Below the pieces are notes generated by a model. The model was not told the origin of the DNA and did no database searches. It saw only the letters and a program-made list of their open reading frames with translations. 64,000 bases of DNA from Raillietiella orientalis. Taxonomy: Eukaryota. The stretch lies in contig JAYWIR010000010.1 in assembly GCA_036172245.1 (NCBI GenBank), forward strand, positions 2,170,001-2,234,000, given 5' to 3'. Positions 1-10,199 of the stretch are shown here, in pieces. The translations under genes were made by a program, and so were the position numbers. Numbering within the stretch: the stretch's first letter is position 1; each line of letters starts with the position of its first letter.

Positions 1-3000
1 GCTCCTCCCAAGGGAACCAGTGGTCGTGGCCTCTGGAGGCGGCTTTCGGTTTCGAGAAGACGCAGGCGTGCTCGTTCGCCCTCTTCTTCCCTCCCGTCCC
101 GCGTTGCCCCGTCCATACGATCGGCACTCCCAGCCGATGGAGACGGGCAACGCCCATCTCCATCGACCGGGAGTGCTGACGCTTTCTTGAACTGTCTCCG
201 ACCCCTCTTCTGCTGCGCATGCTCTGGAAGGAGCGTTCCTCAGAGGGCACTCACCTCACCCTTCTTCTTCTGGATCGAGGAGGCCTCTTTTCGTCGCCGT
301 CCGGCAGGCGCTGCCAGATCGTGAGGTGACTATTCCGTGGGCGGGCCGGAGGAACTCCGTGCCACTGGAGAAAAGAGTCCTCGAATCTCTTCCGAGACCT
401 GCCCGGAGGCTGCGCTAATTGTCCTACGCGTCCGCCTCCGATCGATGATCGGCAGGAGTCTCCTCCCCGGGGGGCTACTCAGAGGCAGCAGCAGTCTGGT
501 CCGTGGCCTTGGACGGCGAGGGAGCCGGCCGCGGGAAGCGCCCGTGGCGGGCGGGCCCGAGGAGGGAAAGGGAAGACGTTGCTGGAGGTCACCTCCTGGA
601 GGAACGGAGTGGGCTTTCGGGTCGGCGATCGCAGGCCCGACCGTGCGATCCGGGGTGCGCGGCGCGGAAAGGCAAGGCAGGTCGTTGAGCGCCGGTGGCG
701 GCTCAGAGTGGCGCAGCAACCAGCAGCGGGGGTCAGCGGAAGAGGCAGAGCAGCACGATAGCGCGAAGCCACCGCCCATCTTCGAAGATCAGACTAGATC
801 CTGGGGAAGTCGGCGCAGATGAGGATGGTGCTGACTTCAGCATCCTCATCTGCAGCCAGAGGGGCTGAGTTCCGTGGTTTGCCACCAGAGAGGAGTCCTT
901 GGGCGGTGCTGCGTTGCCCCGAGGTGCTGCCGCCTCTGGGGCGCCCATTACCTTCGTCGACTCCCTGCTGTGGGACTGTAGTCCCCCTTGACGAACGGGG
1001 AAGGCGGCGCGAAAGGTCTATCCCACCGCTGAGTATCCCGGTTGGGGGCGTGTCCCAGCATGCCGCAGGCATCGCAAGATGCTCTCTTAGGGGAGCGACC
1101 TTCGGAGAGGGGACGGGGGTATGGCGAAGAGAGACGAGCGGGAGCAACGCCCCCCCCTTCCTCCCTCCTCTTTCCGCGCTCGGCATAGCGCATCCCTGGG
1201 ACTCCGCGCAGGGCGACGACGCAAGCATCAAGGTCACAGCTCGTGGTGACGACCTGCGCACGTGGCTGCTCTCCCCCGTGTCCGAAGGTATGACGTCTCC
1301 CGGAACGCTGGCGCGGGGCAGCCACGCCCTCCCGACCGGCACATATCCTCCTGTCTCCAGGGGTCCTCCCCTACAAGGACGCGGGGACACTACCACGACC
1401 GTTCTCCAGATCTCCGACAGACAACGTGCGGGTTTCGGTTTCTCGGATGCACGGGGTCCGGTGTCCTGCCCCTAATCCGAAAAGGGGGAGAAGACCAGGG
1501 TCCCCCGAAGTCGGAGGCTGCAAGTGGGCGTGTTCGTGGCGAGGACGTCCGAAAGGGTCTGGAGATGGTAGCGAGGTGCTTGCTCGTTGCGACGGTTGGC
1601 GTCACCATCGGAGGGGCAGAAGGGGGTGGACGAGGACGTGCTCCGGGTCCTCTGACCGGCTGTCCTCTCATCGTCTTCCGCTCGCAGGTCACCGTGATAG
1701 GGGAGAGGAACGGGGAGGAGGAGGAGAGTGGCCTTCCTTAGGGTGACCTTCCTGGGCGCATTCCGGGCGCCTAGGGGCCGTTGGAAAGTCACTCGGATGC
1801 AGAAGCGGGTAAGGGACCGTTTCCAGGAAACGCCCGCGGAGGGAGCCCTCGGCATCCGTCGTTTTGAAGCCGCAGCAGCGCCTTACATCGGCTGAAGGGC
1901 GAACCCCCGGAATCCACGTCTCCGCAGTCTCCTTGGGGACAAAAGGGGACCAGAGAGGAAAAGGTCCCTCCTGACAACCGACGGAGAGGGAAAAGGGGAG
2001 ACAGTCTTCCCCCTAGGCATCGTTGTCGCTGCGAAGGATCGGCTCATGCCCCACTTCCAGAAGTCAGCGAGCACAGCCTCTCCGGAAGTTCCAGTCTGAG
2101 CTGGAGGGAGATGTCTTCCCTCTTTCCCCTCTGGGGGAGGGAGCGGACGAGTCCAGGGAACCGGAAAGCGATGTTGCTGCTTCCTCCCTCGAAGTCCCAC
2201 TGTGCTGGTACTATGGAGACGCCTCCTCTCTCTCGAGAACTTCTATGGGCCTTCCACTCTCTCCCTCGCAAGGGTGGACCTCACCTCTGGTCATAGCGGG
2301 CCTCATGTCCAGGAGGAATCGCATACAGGCAGGACACGAAGGCGCTCGGAAGTCGGGAGTGGACCTCCCTTCGTGTCTGAGGGCGTGTTTCTTTGCGAAA
2401 GCCACCCGCCCGCGAACACGCCTACGTCCGGGAAGGGCGGGAGCGGCTACCGAGCCGGCACCTTACGCAGGTCTTGGTCGGAGCGCGGCGGAGCATCTTC
2501 AAGGTCACGGCGGCCCGAAAGGCTTCTGTCCTGAGAGGTGGAAGGCCACTCGGAAGCAGCGAGGGTCGGAAGGGGAGCGACTACCGTTTTCGGTGAACGT
2601 GGTGCCCTCATTGTAGGCGGGGAGCAACGGGATCGGTCCAAACCCCAGCCTCGGAGAGGTGCGGTCCACGGAAGCGAGGCTGAAGACTGCGTTTGTCCTG
2701 CTTCTCTCATCGGAGAAACAGCCGGGAAAAAACAGAAAAAAAAAAAGCATCGCACGATTGGAGGAGGGTAGGGGACACGCCCACTGCCCTGTTCCACAAC
2801 GCTGGGGTGCGAGGTGAGCATTCTTGGAGTCAGGTGCGGCGTCGGAGAGCTCCGGCACTCCTGTGATGCGGGTCCAGTCCTGCTGCAGGAATCTCAGGGA
2901 GGAAGACCCCCCCAGTATTCTCTTGAGGATCCCTGCTGACGAGGAGTGGTGACGAGTTCCGTTTCGAGGGAGGCTCCAGTGCTCCTCCAGCAAGATGGCA

Positions 3001-3790
3001 GCTTATCGGTTGCTAAGGGAAAGGGCGGAGGCGTCGATCAAAGCAACCCCAGGGTGTCAAAGTTCCCTCGGAGAATCCCAACAAATCCCAGAGGAAATTC
3101 CACCTTCGCGAGCCTCGAGCGAGGTGTCGGGGAGCAGCTCCATGCATCTCCACGTTGTCATGGGATCTATACTCCCCATGAATGCGACACCTCTCACACC
3201 GCAGGAGAGTCCACCTCTTCCTCTTTCCGCGGGTTCAGCAGGAGTCGCATGGAGTCGCTAACGGTCGCGCCATGTGTTCCAGGAGGCAGGATCGCTTCGT
3301 CAGGGATCTCTCCCGAGGAAAGGTCGGCCTTCGGGGTCGTCTGCGTCTCCGGTGACTTTTGCCCGGTGGAGGGCGCGGACTGGTAATCCGCGCGCTTCTG
3401 CCGGAAGGAGGGACAAAACGGTTCTGCGCACGGGGGCGCAAAGCTCCCGGTCTTCGCGGTCCCTTGGGGTATTCGTCTAGGTCAGCTGATTCTGGAGCGC
3501 CGGATCCCCAGCTCCAGGATTTGTCTGCTCTCCCCTCCTAGGACGCGCCTCCCATTCCCACGGCGTCCGCGACATGCAGCCGTGGTTCATCTCCTCAATC
3601 ACCTCGCTCCCTACGCTCGCGGGTGGGGGTCCCCCTCTCGGAGGCCGCTCGGTCCTTTCTTCGGTTCCTACTATGATTTTACTTTTGGAGGGAAGAGGTA
3701 TTTGATTTGAATGAGGTCTAGGGAGGAAATTGGCCCACCCTTTCCGTTCCACCCTCCCGGATGGACTGCATGGACTCCTTTGCACTGGAC
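1..3790 (-). mobile_element. Degenerate Tx1-like ORF1/5'UTR remnants (several fragments)
   Basis: RRLLPIIDRR (about 430-470) resembles ORF1 RRLLSITVDR; decayed zinc knuckle near 2850-2895. Boundaries approximate. Confidence 0.45.
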
Positions 3791-3869
3791 TGCTCAGTTT
3801 AACAGCGAAAAAGTAATAATAGGTAATCTACTGCAGACTGAAAAATAACTGTCAGTGCAGAGACTTTCA

Positions 3870-4170
3870 ACAAATGGACTCCGGGAAATGTCGCCGCTCG
3901 ATCCGGGGCGCCTGCCACTCGCAGCAGAACGGCTGGGAGCACCCCGTTTGTGCAGGGCATTCAGCCAGGATGCCGCCCCGCGCCCTCGCGGCTCTGAGAG
4001 CCGCGATCACCGGCTCCAGCGCTCGAAAGGGTGAGGAGGGGGGAGGGAGACGCGCTTGCTTCCGCTGTGTCTTCCCCGATACTGGTGGACTTGGAGCGTC
4101 GGGTCGTCGGCCGTGTCCCACGACTCCAGAGATCCGAGGTTGCGCGCGCCCACGGGTGCCGTAATTACCG
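3870..4170 (-). mobile_element. Degenerate RT-core fragment of L1/Tx1-like ORF2
   Basis: ..PFRALEPVIAALRAAR..GI resembles the QGxPLSPLLFxLxLEPL region of non-LTR RTs. Confidence 0.45.
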
Positions 4171-4189
4171 CTCGCCTTACCTCCTCCCA

Positions 4190-5467
4190 CAGAGGAACTC
4201 CAGGAGGAAAGCACCGAGTGAGTGGATGACGGGCCAGCTTGCAGACGCTGCGACCCCGAGTGCCCCAATTTGAGGGTCTCTGAGCGGGGACGAGCTGCTG
4301 GATATTCCGAGGGAACATCTAAAGTTGCTTCCCGTGCTCTTGGACGCACTCACCTTTTGGGTGCGGGGCTCATCAGATTTCAACGTTCCGTGTTGACAGC
4401 ACGCGCGTCGCAGCTGCCATCTCTTCGGAACGGAACGCTTTTTCGCGTACCGCGCGCTCTGCCGAGTTACCCACTGACTACACAAAGTGCCGATTACAGT
4501 TACTATTATAATGATTTATCTACAGCACATTAAATAAAATGTGTTCACTTTCCCCAAACATATATTGCTTATTTAAAAATTACACTTATAATTCGAATAA
4601 AATCAATAATTCATTCACATTTTTAAGGTATCACAAAGATAAAAAACAACATAATAAATTATGCACGGCACCGGAAAGACCGAGAATGCTTAGCCGATAC
4701 ACATAGAATTTGGTTTACTGCCGTTGCCAAGGGAGTTATAAGAAGGTAAGTGTATGCGTCCATCTCAAACACGGACAGTGTCAAGTTGTGTTGCGAGCAT
4801 AAGGTAAAAACATTTGTCAGACGCATAGATGCGTCCGAGGGTTAAAGTGGCGGGAGTCTGTGTTTCTGGGGTCTCCCGTGGATGCCCGCAGGCATCACGA
4901 CGCGGGTGTGTATGAACCGAAACTGCAGAGAGCGCGACTCCCTCCCGCACCTGCTCGTGGATTGCGTTGCCCTCCGGTCCATCTGGGAACGCCTTGCCGC
5001 GACCTAGGTATCCCCGGCGGCAACTCCAGGAACGCATGGAGACCCTCCCTCGCATCGGCAGCCTCGCTGGCGAGTCCCTCCTGCTGCCTACGCGGGATCG
5101 TGACGTCCTGGAGCGAAACGCAAGAGGAGGACGGAGCGACAGGGGTGCCATATCCACTTCGCCATCCGCTTCCTGAGGATGGCAACAATATGGTTCCACC
5201 TGAAAGATAGTATACAGCAAGAGCTTGCCTTGTCCTCGCAAGGATGCAGAGGACCGCCCCCAGAAGAACGTCATCTTCCCCCCCCCCCCAATTTGCTTAT
5301 TTTTTTTTTGTGTGTTTCTTTTTCTTTTTACCTGCCTCCTCCTCCCTGCGACCGGGGCGAACCTCACTGGTCTGCGTACCGGCAGCCCGGCAGGCTCCCG
5401 TTGAAATGGGCGTGGTTGGAAGCGTTTATTTTTATGAAATAAACGCCCTAGAGCACCCGGGTGGAAA
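4190..5467 (+). mobile_element. Tx1/L1-like 3' end interrupted by a piggyBac-type MITE
   Basis: 4190-4350 and 4846-5467 are colinear with 17850-18590 (HLLVDCVAL.., 3'UTR, AATAAA at 5438). Confidence 0.8.
4353..4841 (-). mobile_element. Second, inverted copy of the same piggyBac-type MITE
   Basis: Reverse complement aligns with 23902-24430 (GACGCATAGATGCGTCCG, CCCTTGGCAAC, GTGCCGTGCATAATTTATTAT). Ends GGG|TTAA at 4839-4845. Confidence 0.82.
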
Positions 5468-5469
5468 TC

Positions 5470-6240
5470 CTCCTGCGGAGCGAGTTTCTCCCTCCAGGGA
5501 AGGACCAGCTACTTCCCCTCCCTCTCCCCCCACTTTTCGATCCCATCCCTCTCCAGACCAGCGCGGGCGTCTCCGGAACGCCTTCTCTGGACTCGTTTGC
5601 AGTAGCCCGGCGTCGCGGATGGCATTCGTTCCCGTGGGACTGCTGGCAGCGACACCTTCGGGCCAGGATGAGACTGCAGGCATGGAAGAGGCGCCATGCC
5701 TTCGGTGGAGGCAGATCGATCGGAAAAGTGACCATCCGAGCCCCTTCCAGGACCCATTCCGGAGAGGGAGGAAGTCCCGGAGCGGCACCACGCCGTCTGC
5801 AGCCACCAGCTCCCAGGTTCGGTCGAGAGGGACCCTCCGAGCTCTTGGAGCCAGTCGCCAGGAGTGACCTGGTAACACTGAAGGAGGGCTGCTCCGGGAA
5901 CCAGGGAGTTTGACCGTCAGGTGTTGGTCCAGGTCTCGAGAGGCTGCTGACAGGAAAGACCGGGAAGGACCGCATCTTTTCTCCGGGGATCCAAAAATGC
6001 CAGCCCTCGGTCGGTTGTGCCCGGGAACACCCGTCGACCCCCCTGGCGGAACGTCGGGACCCTGCGCCCCTCTCAGGCAATGCCTCATTCCCGCGGAACC
6101 GGGTTGACCAGCTGTCCTGCCCACCGAGCCACCCGCGACGCCCAGCTTCCCAGGAGCGTATGTCGGCTTTCCTGAACTCCAGGCGACGCCGTCCTCGTCT
6201 CCGCGCTCTGGTGTGCACCCAGGGCATCCGAGCCACAGAT
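5470..6240 (-). mobile_element. Degenerate Tx1-like ORF1 remnant
   Basis: RRVFPGTTDR...LDQHLTV resembles ORF1 RRLLSITVDR...LAKYLTV. Confidence 0.5.
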
Positions 6241-6570
6241 CCACGCGGCCGCTGTCTCCCTGCCGCGCCCAGACTGCAGATCACGCGCCTCTCCGCGCAG
6301 TAGCAAAGGGCGCGCGACGTCACGGGGGACCGCGCCCTCGACGGTGGGTTGTCTGTGCCTTCCCCGACGCGCGCGCGCGGCTTCCCCTCCTCCCTGCCAG
6401 ACACCGCGCCGCCAGGGCCACGCGCGCTCGCTGCTCGCTCGCGAGGCGGTGGCGGCGCAGCCGTCCAATGAGCGAGCGCTCCGCCGTTGTACATAAGCGT
6501 GAGCCGCGCACCAGCCGCGAGCAGCAGCGCGTTGTTCGCGAGTGCTACGTCGCTAGGCAGCTTCGCTAGA

Positions 6571-6713
6571 ATGATGATGTTTCGTCACTTTGTCTGCGTG
6601 GCGGTGGTCACTTGCCTCGGGTGGTACCTGCCGACGTACCTGACGCAGAACGTTCCGGTGAGTCCGCGCGCTGGCGACTGCGTCCTTTCCCTCCAGCGCC
6701 GCCCTGGTTGTTG

Positions 6714-6744
<31 letters not shown>

Positions 6745-8484
6745 CGATGATGATGATGCTGTTCCCACCTTGCCTAGCAGACACACAAAGTCCCCGCGCG
6801 CGCGTGGAATCCTGGGGCTTGCTTTGTGGCCTGGGGAGCAGCAAGTGGGGCAGAACTGGGAGAAAGGACGGGAAGGGGACGCGCGAGCACACGCGCGCGG
6901 GAGAAAAGGGAATAACAACGGGGGGGGGGGGGAATCCGACGCCCGGAGCGCTACGAGCGACGTCCCACTGAGCGTCCTCGCTCGGACGGCGGTTGGGAAA
7001 TCGATCCGGGCAGCCTTGGGGAATTCCTCGGCGCCGATGCCGGCGATGCCTGCGGTAGTGGTGGTCCAGACGCGCGCACGTGCACACACGGCAGTCCGGG
7101 AGGCAGCAGCACCCGTGGGTTTCGCTCTCCGGAGAGTGCGGCGCAGTGGTCACGCCCGTGCTTGGAAGCGGCGGGATATTCCTCCCGTTCTCGAGCACTC
7201 TGCTGTAGGAGGGGGAGGAAGCTATCCTGACACGCACGTCTCTTTCCGCGCGGGGAAGATCCTGCCTTGTCCGGATGGCTCCCGATGGAATTATCCGGGA
7301 GCGATGAATTGCCGGCCATGGCGTCTCAAAAAAAAAAAATCGATGCATCCACCCGAAACGTCCGCAGCGCGGTATTTTTGGAGCCAAGGCGGGTCATCAG
7401 CCTCGGGCAACCTCACCCGGCTTTCGGATACTTTGCCGTTCTCACGGGAAGCTGGGTTCGTGTCTTCTCTTGGATGTCCTTGATCCACGGACGGGAAGTT
7501 CCCGACCGAGGTCCCGATCGATGGCAAACCCCGTAATTCTCCGCGTGCGTTGTCGGCGCTGCCGGGAAAAGGGGAGCGAGGTTCGGCAGAGGGATGCGCG
7601 ATCCGGGACCCGCGGCCCGGTTTCGGGCGAGGCGGAGCGGCCAGGTTTTTTTCTTTTCCTGTATTCGCGCCTTCGCACGTAGTCGGCGGCGAACGATCAG
7701 CGCGTCGGAGGGATCACGCAACGGCTGTTTTCGCAGCTCAGCGCCATCTCTTGCCGCACGGCTGAACTCCCCGGTCGCCACTGAAGCGGGGAAGGCGGAC
7801 ACGGTGCGTTTTATTCTTTTTGTCCCTGACGGAAGAATAGGACACCGAATCGAGCGGGAACGCCCCGTTCCGTCCAAAGAAAGAAAGAAAAAAAGGAGGG
7901 AAATTCTTCGTGTGCAGTTGCGACGTTGCTCGTGGGAGAGAAGAGCTTGAAAGCGGACACCTTCAGGGCACTTTCGAGACGTCTCAAGGGGGAGGGGGTG
8001 CAGAGGAGGCCGATCCCCCAGATCGCCTCCTCGGAGAGAGGAAGGTCCCTGGGTCCCCCCCCAGGGGAGGAGGCAGAGCTGTGCACGAGGATCACAAGCA
8101 TCTCACTCGGCAGCGTCGCCATCTCGCCGATCCCTTCGCTTCCTGGTCGCCAGGGGCTCTCGCGGAAGGCAGATTTCACCCCTCTCACGCTCCCTGTGTT
8201 TCCAGCCGGGCGCCCTCACTCAGCTGCTGTCCCGGGACGACAACCATGAGGAGTTCTTGATGGCCGAGAATCTCCTGAAGGAGATAAAGGAGTCCCTACC
8301 GCACCCGCAGCGCAACTGCGACCCCGGAAAGGCCACGAACCTGAGGACGCAGCTGGTCGCCGGCATCAACTACTTCTTCACCACCGAGTTCACGTGCCCG
8401 GATGCCGTCTACCTCTGCGACATCGTGATCTACCACAAGCCGTGGCTGAACGAGACGACGCTGACCAAGTCCCAGTGCACCTAG
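6571..8484 (+). CDS. Secreted type-2-like cystatin (cysteine protease inhibitor), 2 exons: 6571-6657 + 8206-8484, 121 aa
   Basis: Exon 1 encodes a signal-peptide-like MMMFRHFVCVAVVTCLGWYLPTYLTQNVP, followed by a GTGAGT donor (phase 0). After a TTTCCAG acceptor, exon 2 reads PGALTQ...LRTQLVAGINYFF...YHKPWLNE...SQCT*, carrying all three cystatin inhibitory elements (N-terminal Gly, QxVxG, PW). AATAAA at 8606-8611; TACATAA at ~6490 upstream. Confidence 0.9.
6706..6760. repeat. Compound trinucleotide microsatellite (TTG)n(CTG)n(ATG)n in the cystatin 1 intron
   Basis: Direct reading. Confidence 0.9.
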
Positions 8485-8843
8485 AGAGATCCCCCTCAGC
8501 TCCCCCCACACAACCCGGCGCCACTCGGGAGCGCCTCTTCCCCGCCTCGACGCCCACGTCTTCCGCAGGGCCGGGAGTGGATGGAGGGACCCGGAAGAAC
8601 GAGGAAATAAAAAGGGGGATGGAAAAAAAGAAAAGAAAGAAAGCAAAGGCGAATGCGGTTCCCACCCACGCACGCCCCCCGGCTCTCCCTTTCTGGCTGC
8701 AGCCTCGCTTGGGTCGCCCCCCTGCGGGCAAGGCCCAGGAAGGTGCTCCTCGACCTCGCGACGGGCTGCTCCTCGAGGTCCCTCGCGACCTCGCACCGGG
8801 AAGGGTGGAACCCCGGAGCCGGAAGTCAACCTTTTTATTTTTT

Positions 8844-9778
8844 TTATTCCCGTGAGGGAGGGGGTGCCCGCGGCGGCTGCTCCTCGGGAGAGGAAGCGGG
8901 TGGGCGTGGAGCAGCAGCGCCTCCTCCGGGCGCGCGCGGGCCGGCCGCCTCCCGGCCGCACTGCACGAACTGCGTCCGCAGCAGCTCCTCGGGCAGGCGG
9001 CCGACCTCTTCGTCGTCGTCCCAGTCGATGTCGAACATCCGGAAGTCGCAGCGCTGGGCGGAGCCGCCGTCGGAACACGGGTAGAGCGCAGTAAAGCTGT
9101 AGGCCCGCCTTCCGGACACCTCCTGGACGTTCACGTTGCCGGCGACGCTCCCGAAGACGCAGCCGCCTTTCCTGTCTTCGATGATGTTGCTTAGCATCCT
9201 CGCCAGGTCCGCCGCCCTGGCGCGCAGCTCATCCTGGGAGGCGTCTCCTGGCTGGAAGGAGAGGAGCTATGACGCCTTGGAAGGGGCAGGGGAGCATCGG
9301 CATCGTAGCCTGCGGGCTGGAGCACAGCGGAAGCGGGGGACAGCGCCCCCCTGGGTCCGGAAGACCTGAACCCCCTCTGGACCTCCTCTCAGCCCGCTTC
9401 GGGGGTCGTTGCCGCTTGCCCGGGATTGGGGACGCAGGGGAACGCGAGCGTGCCGTCAGCCGGGCGCCTGCGGTGTGACAAGTCACTCCCTCGGGCTGGA
9501 TGAGACCGGAATGCTGAGGAGTGGCAGCTCAGGAGGAGGAGATGGGGGAAGGGAGGAAGAAGGAAGGAGGCCATTCGGGGCAGACGTGTTCCATCCGAGG
9601 GGCGGAAGGGACCAGAGGGAACGCGCCGGGGGGGGAGGGAGAAGGGGGCGGGGTTTTCCAGCTGGGAAGGGAACAGAAGCGGGAGATCACTTACGCCAGC
9701 GTCCCCGCAACCTCCTTGTCGCGGTACCAGAAAGAGGGGAAAGAGAAGCAGCAGTAGCAACCCCGGGAGCGCCGCCAT
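8844..9778 (-). CDS. Divergent secreted cystatin-like protein, 2 exons: 9778-9695 + 9233-8844, 157 aa, with Pro/Ala-rich C-terminal tail
   Basis: Signal peptide MAALPGLLLLLLFPLFLV...GDAG, then GTAAGT donor (phase 0). CTCCCAG acceptor leads in frame to DELRARAADLARMLS...VQEVSGRRAYSF...C...C...DIDW...QC. Four Cys in the same positions as the paralogues. TATAAA at 9855-9850; AATAAA overlaps the stop and recurs just downstream. Confidence 0.8.
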
Positions 9779-9849
9779 CTCGGAGCTGCGCGGAGGAACG
9801 GCGGAGACGCAGCTGCCGGTCGGTCACCGCGTGACCCCGTCGGTGGGCC

Positions 9850-9855
9850 TTTATA
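9850..9855 (-). promoter_or_regulatory. TATA box of the second cystatin-like gene
   Basis: TATAAA on the minus strand about 70 nt upstream of the ATG at 9778, in otherwise GC-rich DNA. Confidence 0.6.
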
Positions 9856-10199
9856 AGCAGAGGGAGCAGTTCGACCATCGGCCGGATGGCCGGCGGGTCC
9901 TGCGCGGCGCCAGCCGCTGCCTCAGGGCGGAGGAGGCCACCGAAGGGGGGGGGGGGGACGGCAGACATGGGCGGGGGCATGGGAAAACGCAGCCGCTTCC
10001 CCCGAGACGGGTCAGGGATTGCCCCTTGGCTCAGGGGGCAGGGCGGGAGTCGCTACCTTCACTCCGTCCCGCGAGGGGCGACAGGCCATCTCCCTGCCCC
10101 GCCCACGCCCTTCTGCTTTTCCTCGGCGAAGGGGCAAAAAGCGGTTCTCCTCGGGAGCAGAAGGGGGGAGGCGTGCCCGGAGGCAAGGAAAGCAGCCCG

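Noticed and set aside
6487..6971. Poly-Cys and poly-Leu ORFs
   Set aside because: Translations of an intronic microsatellite past the GTGAGT donor at 6658.
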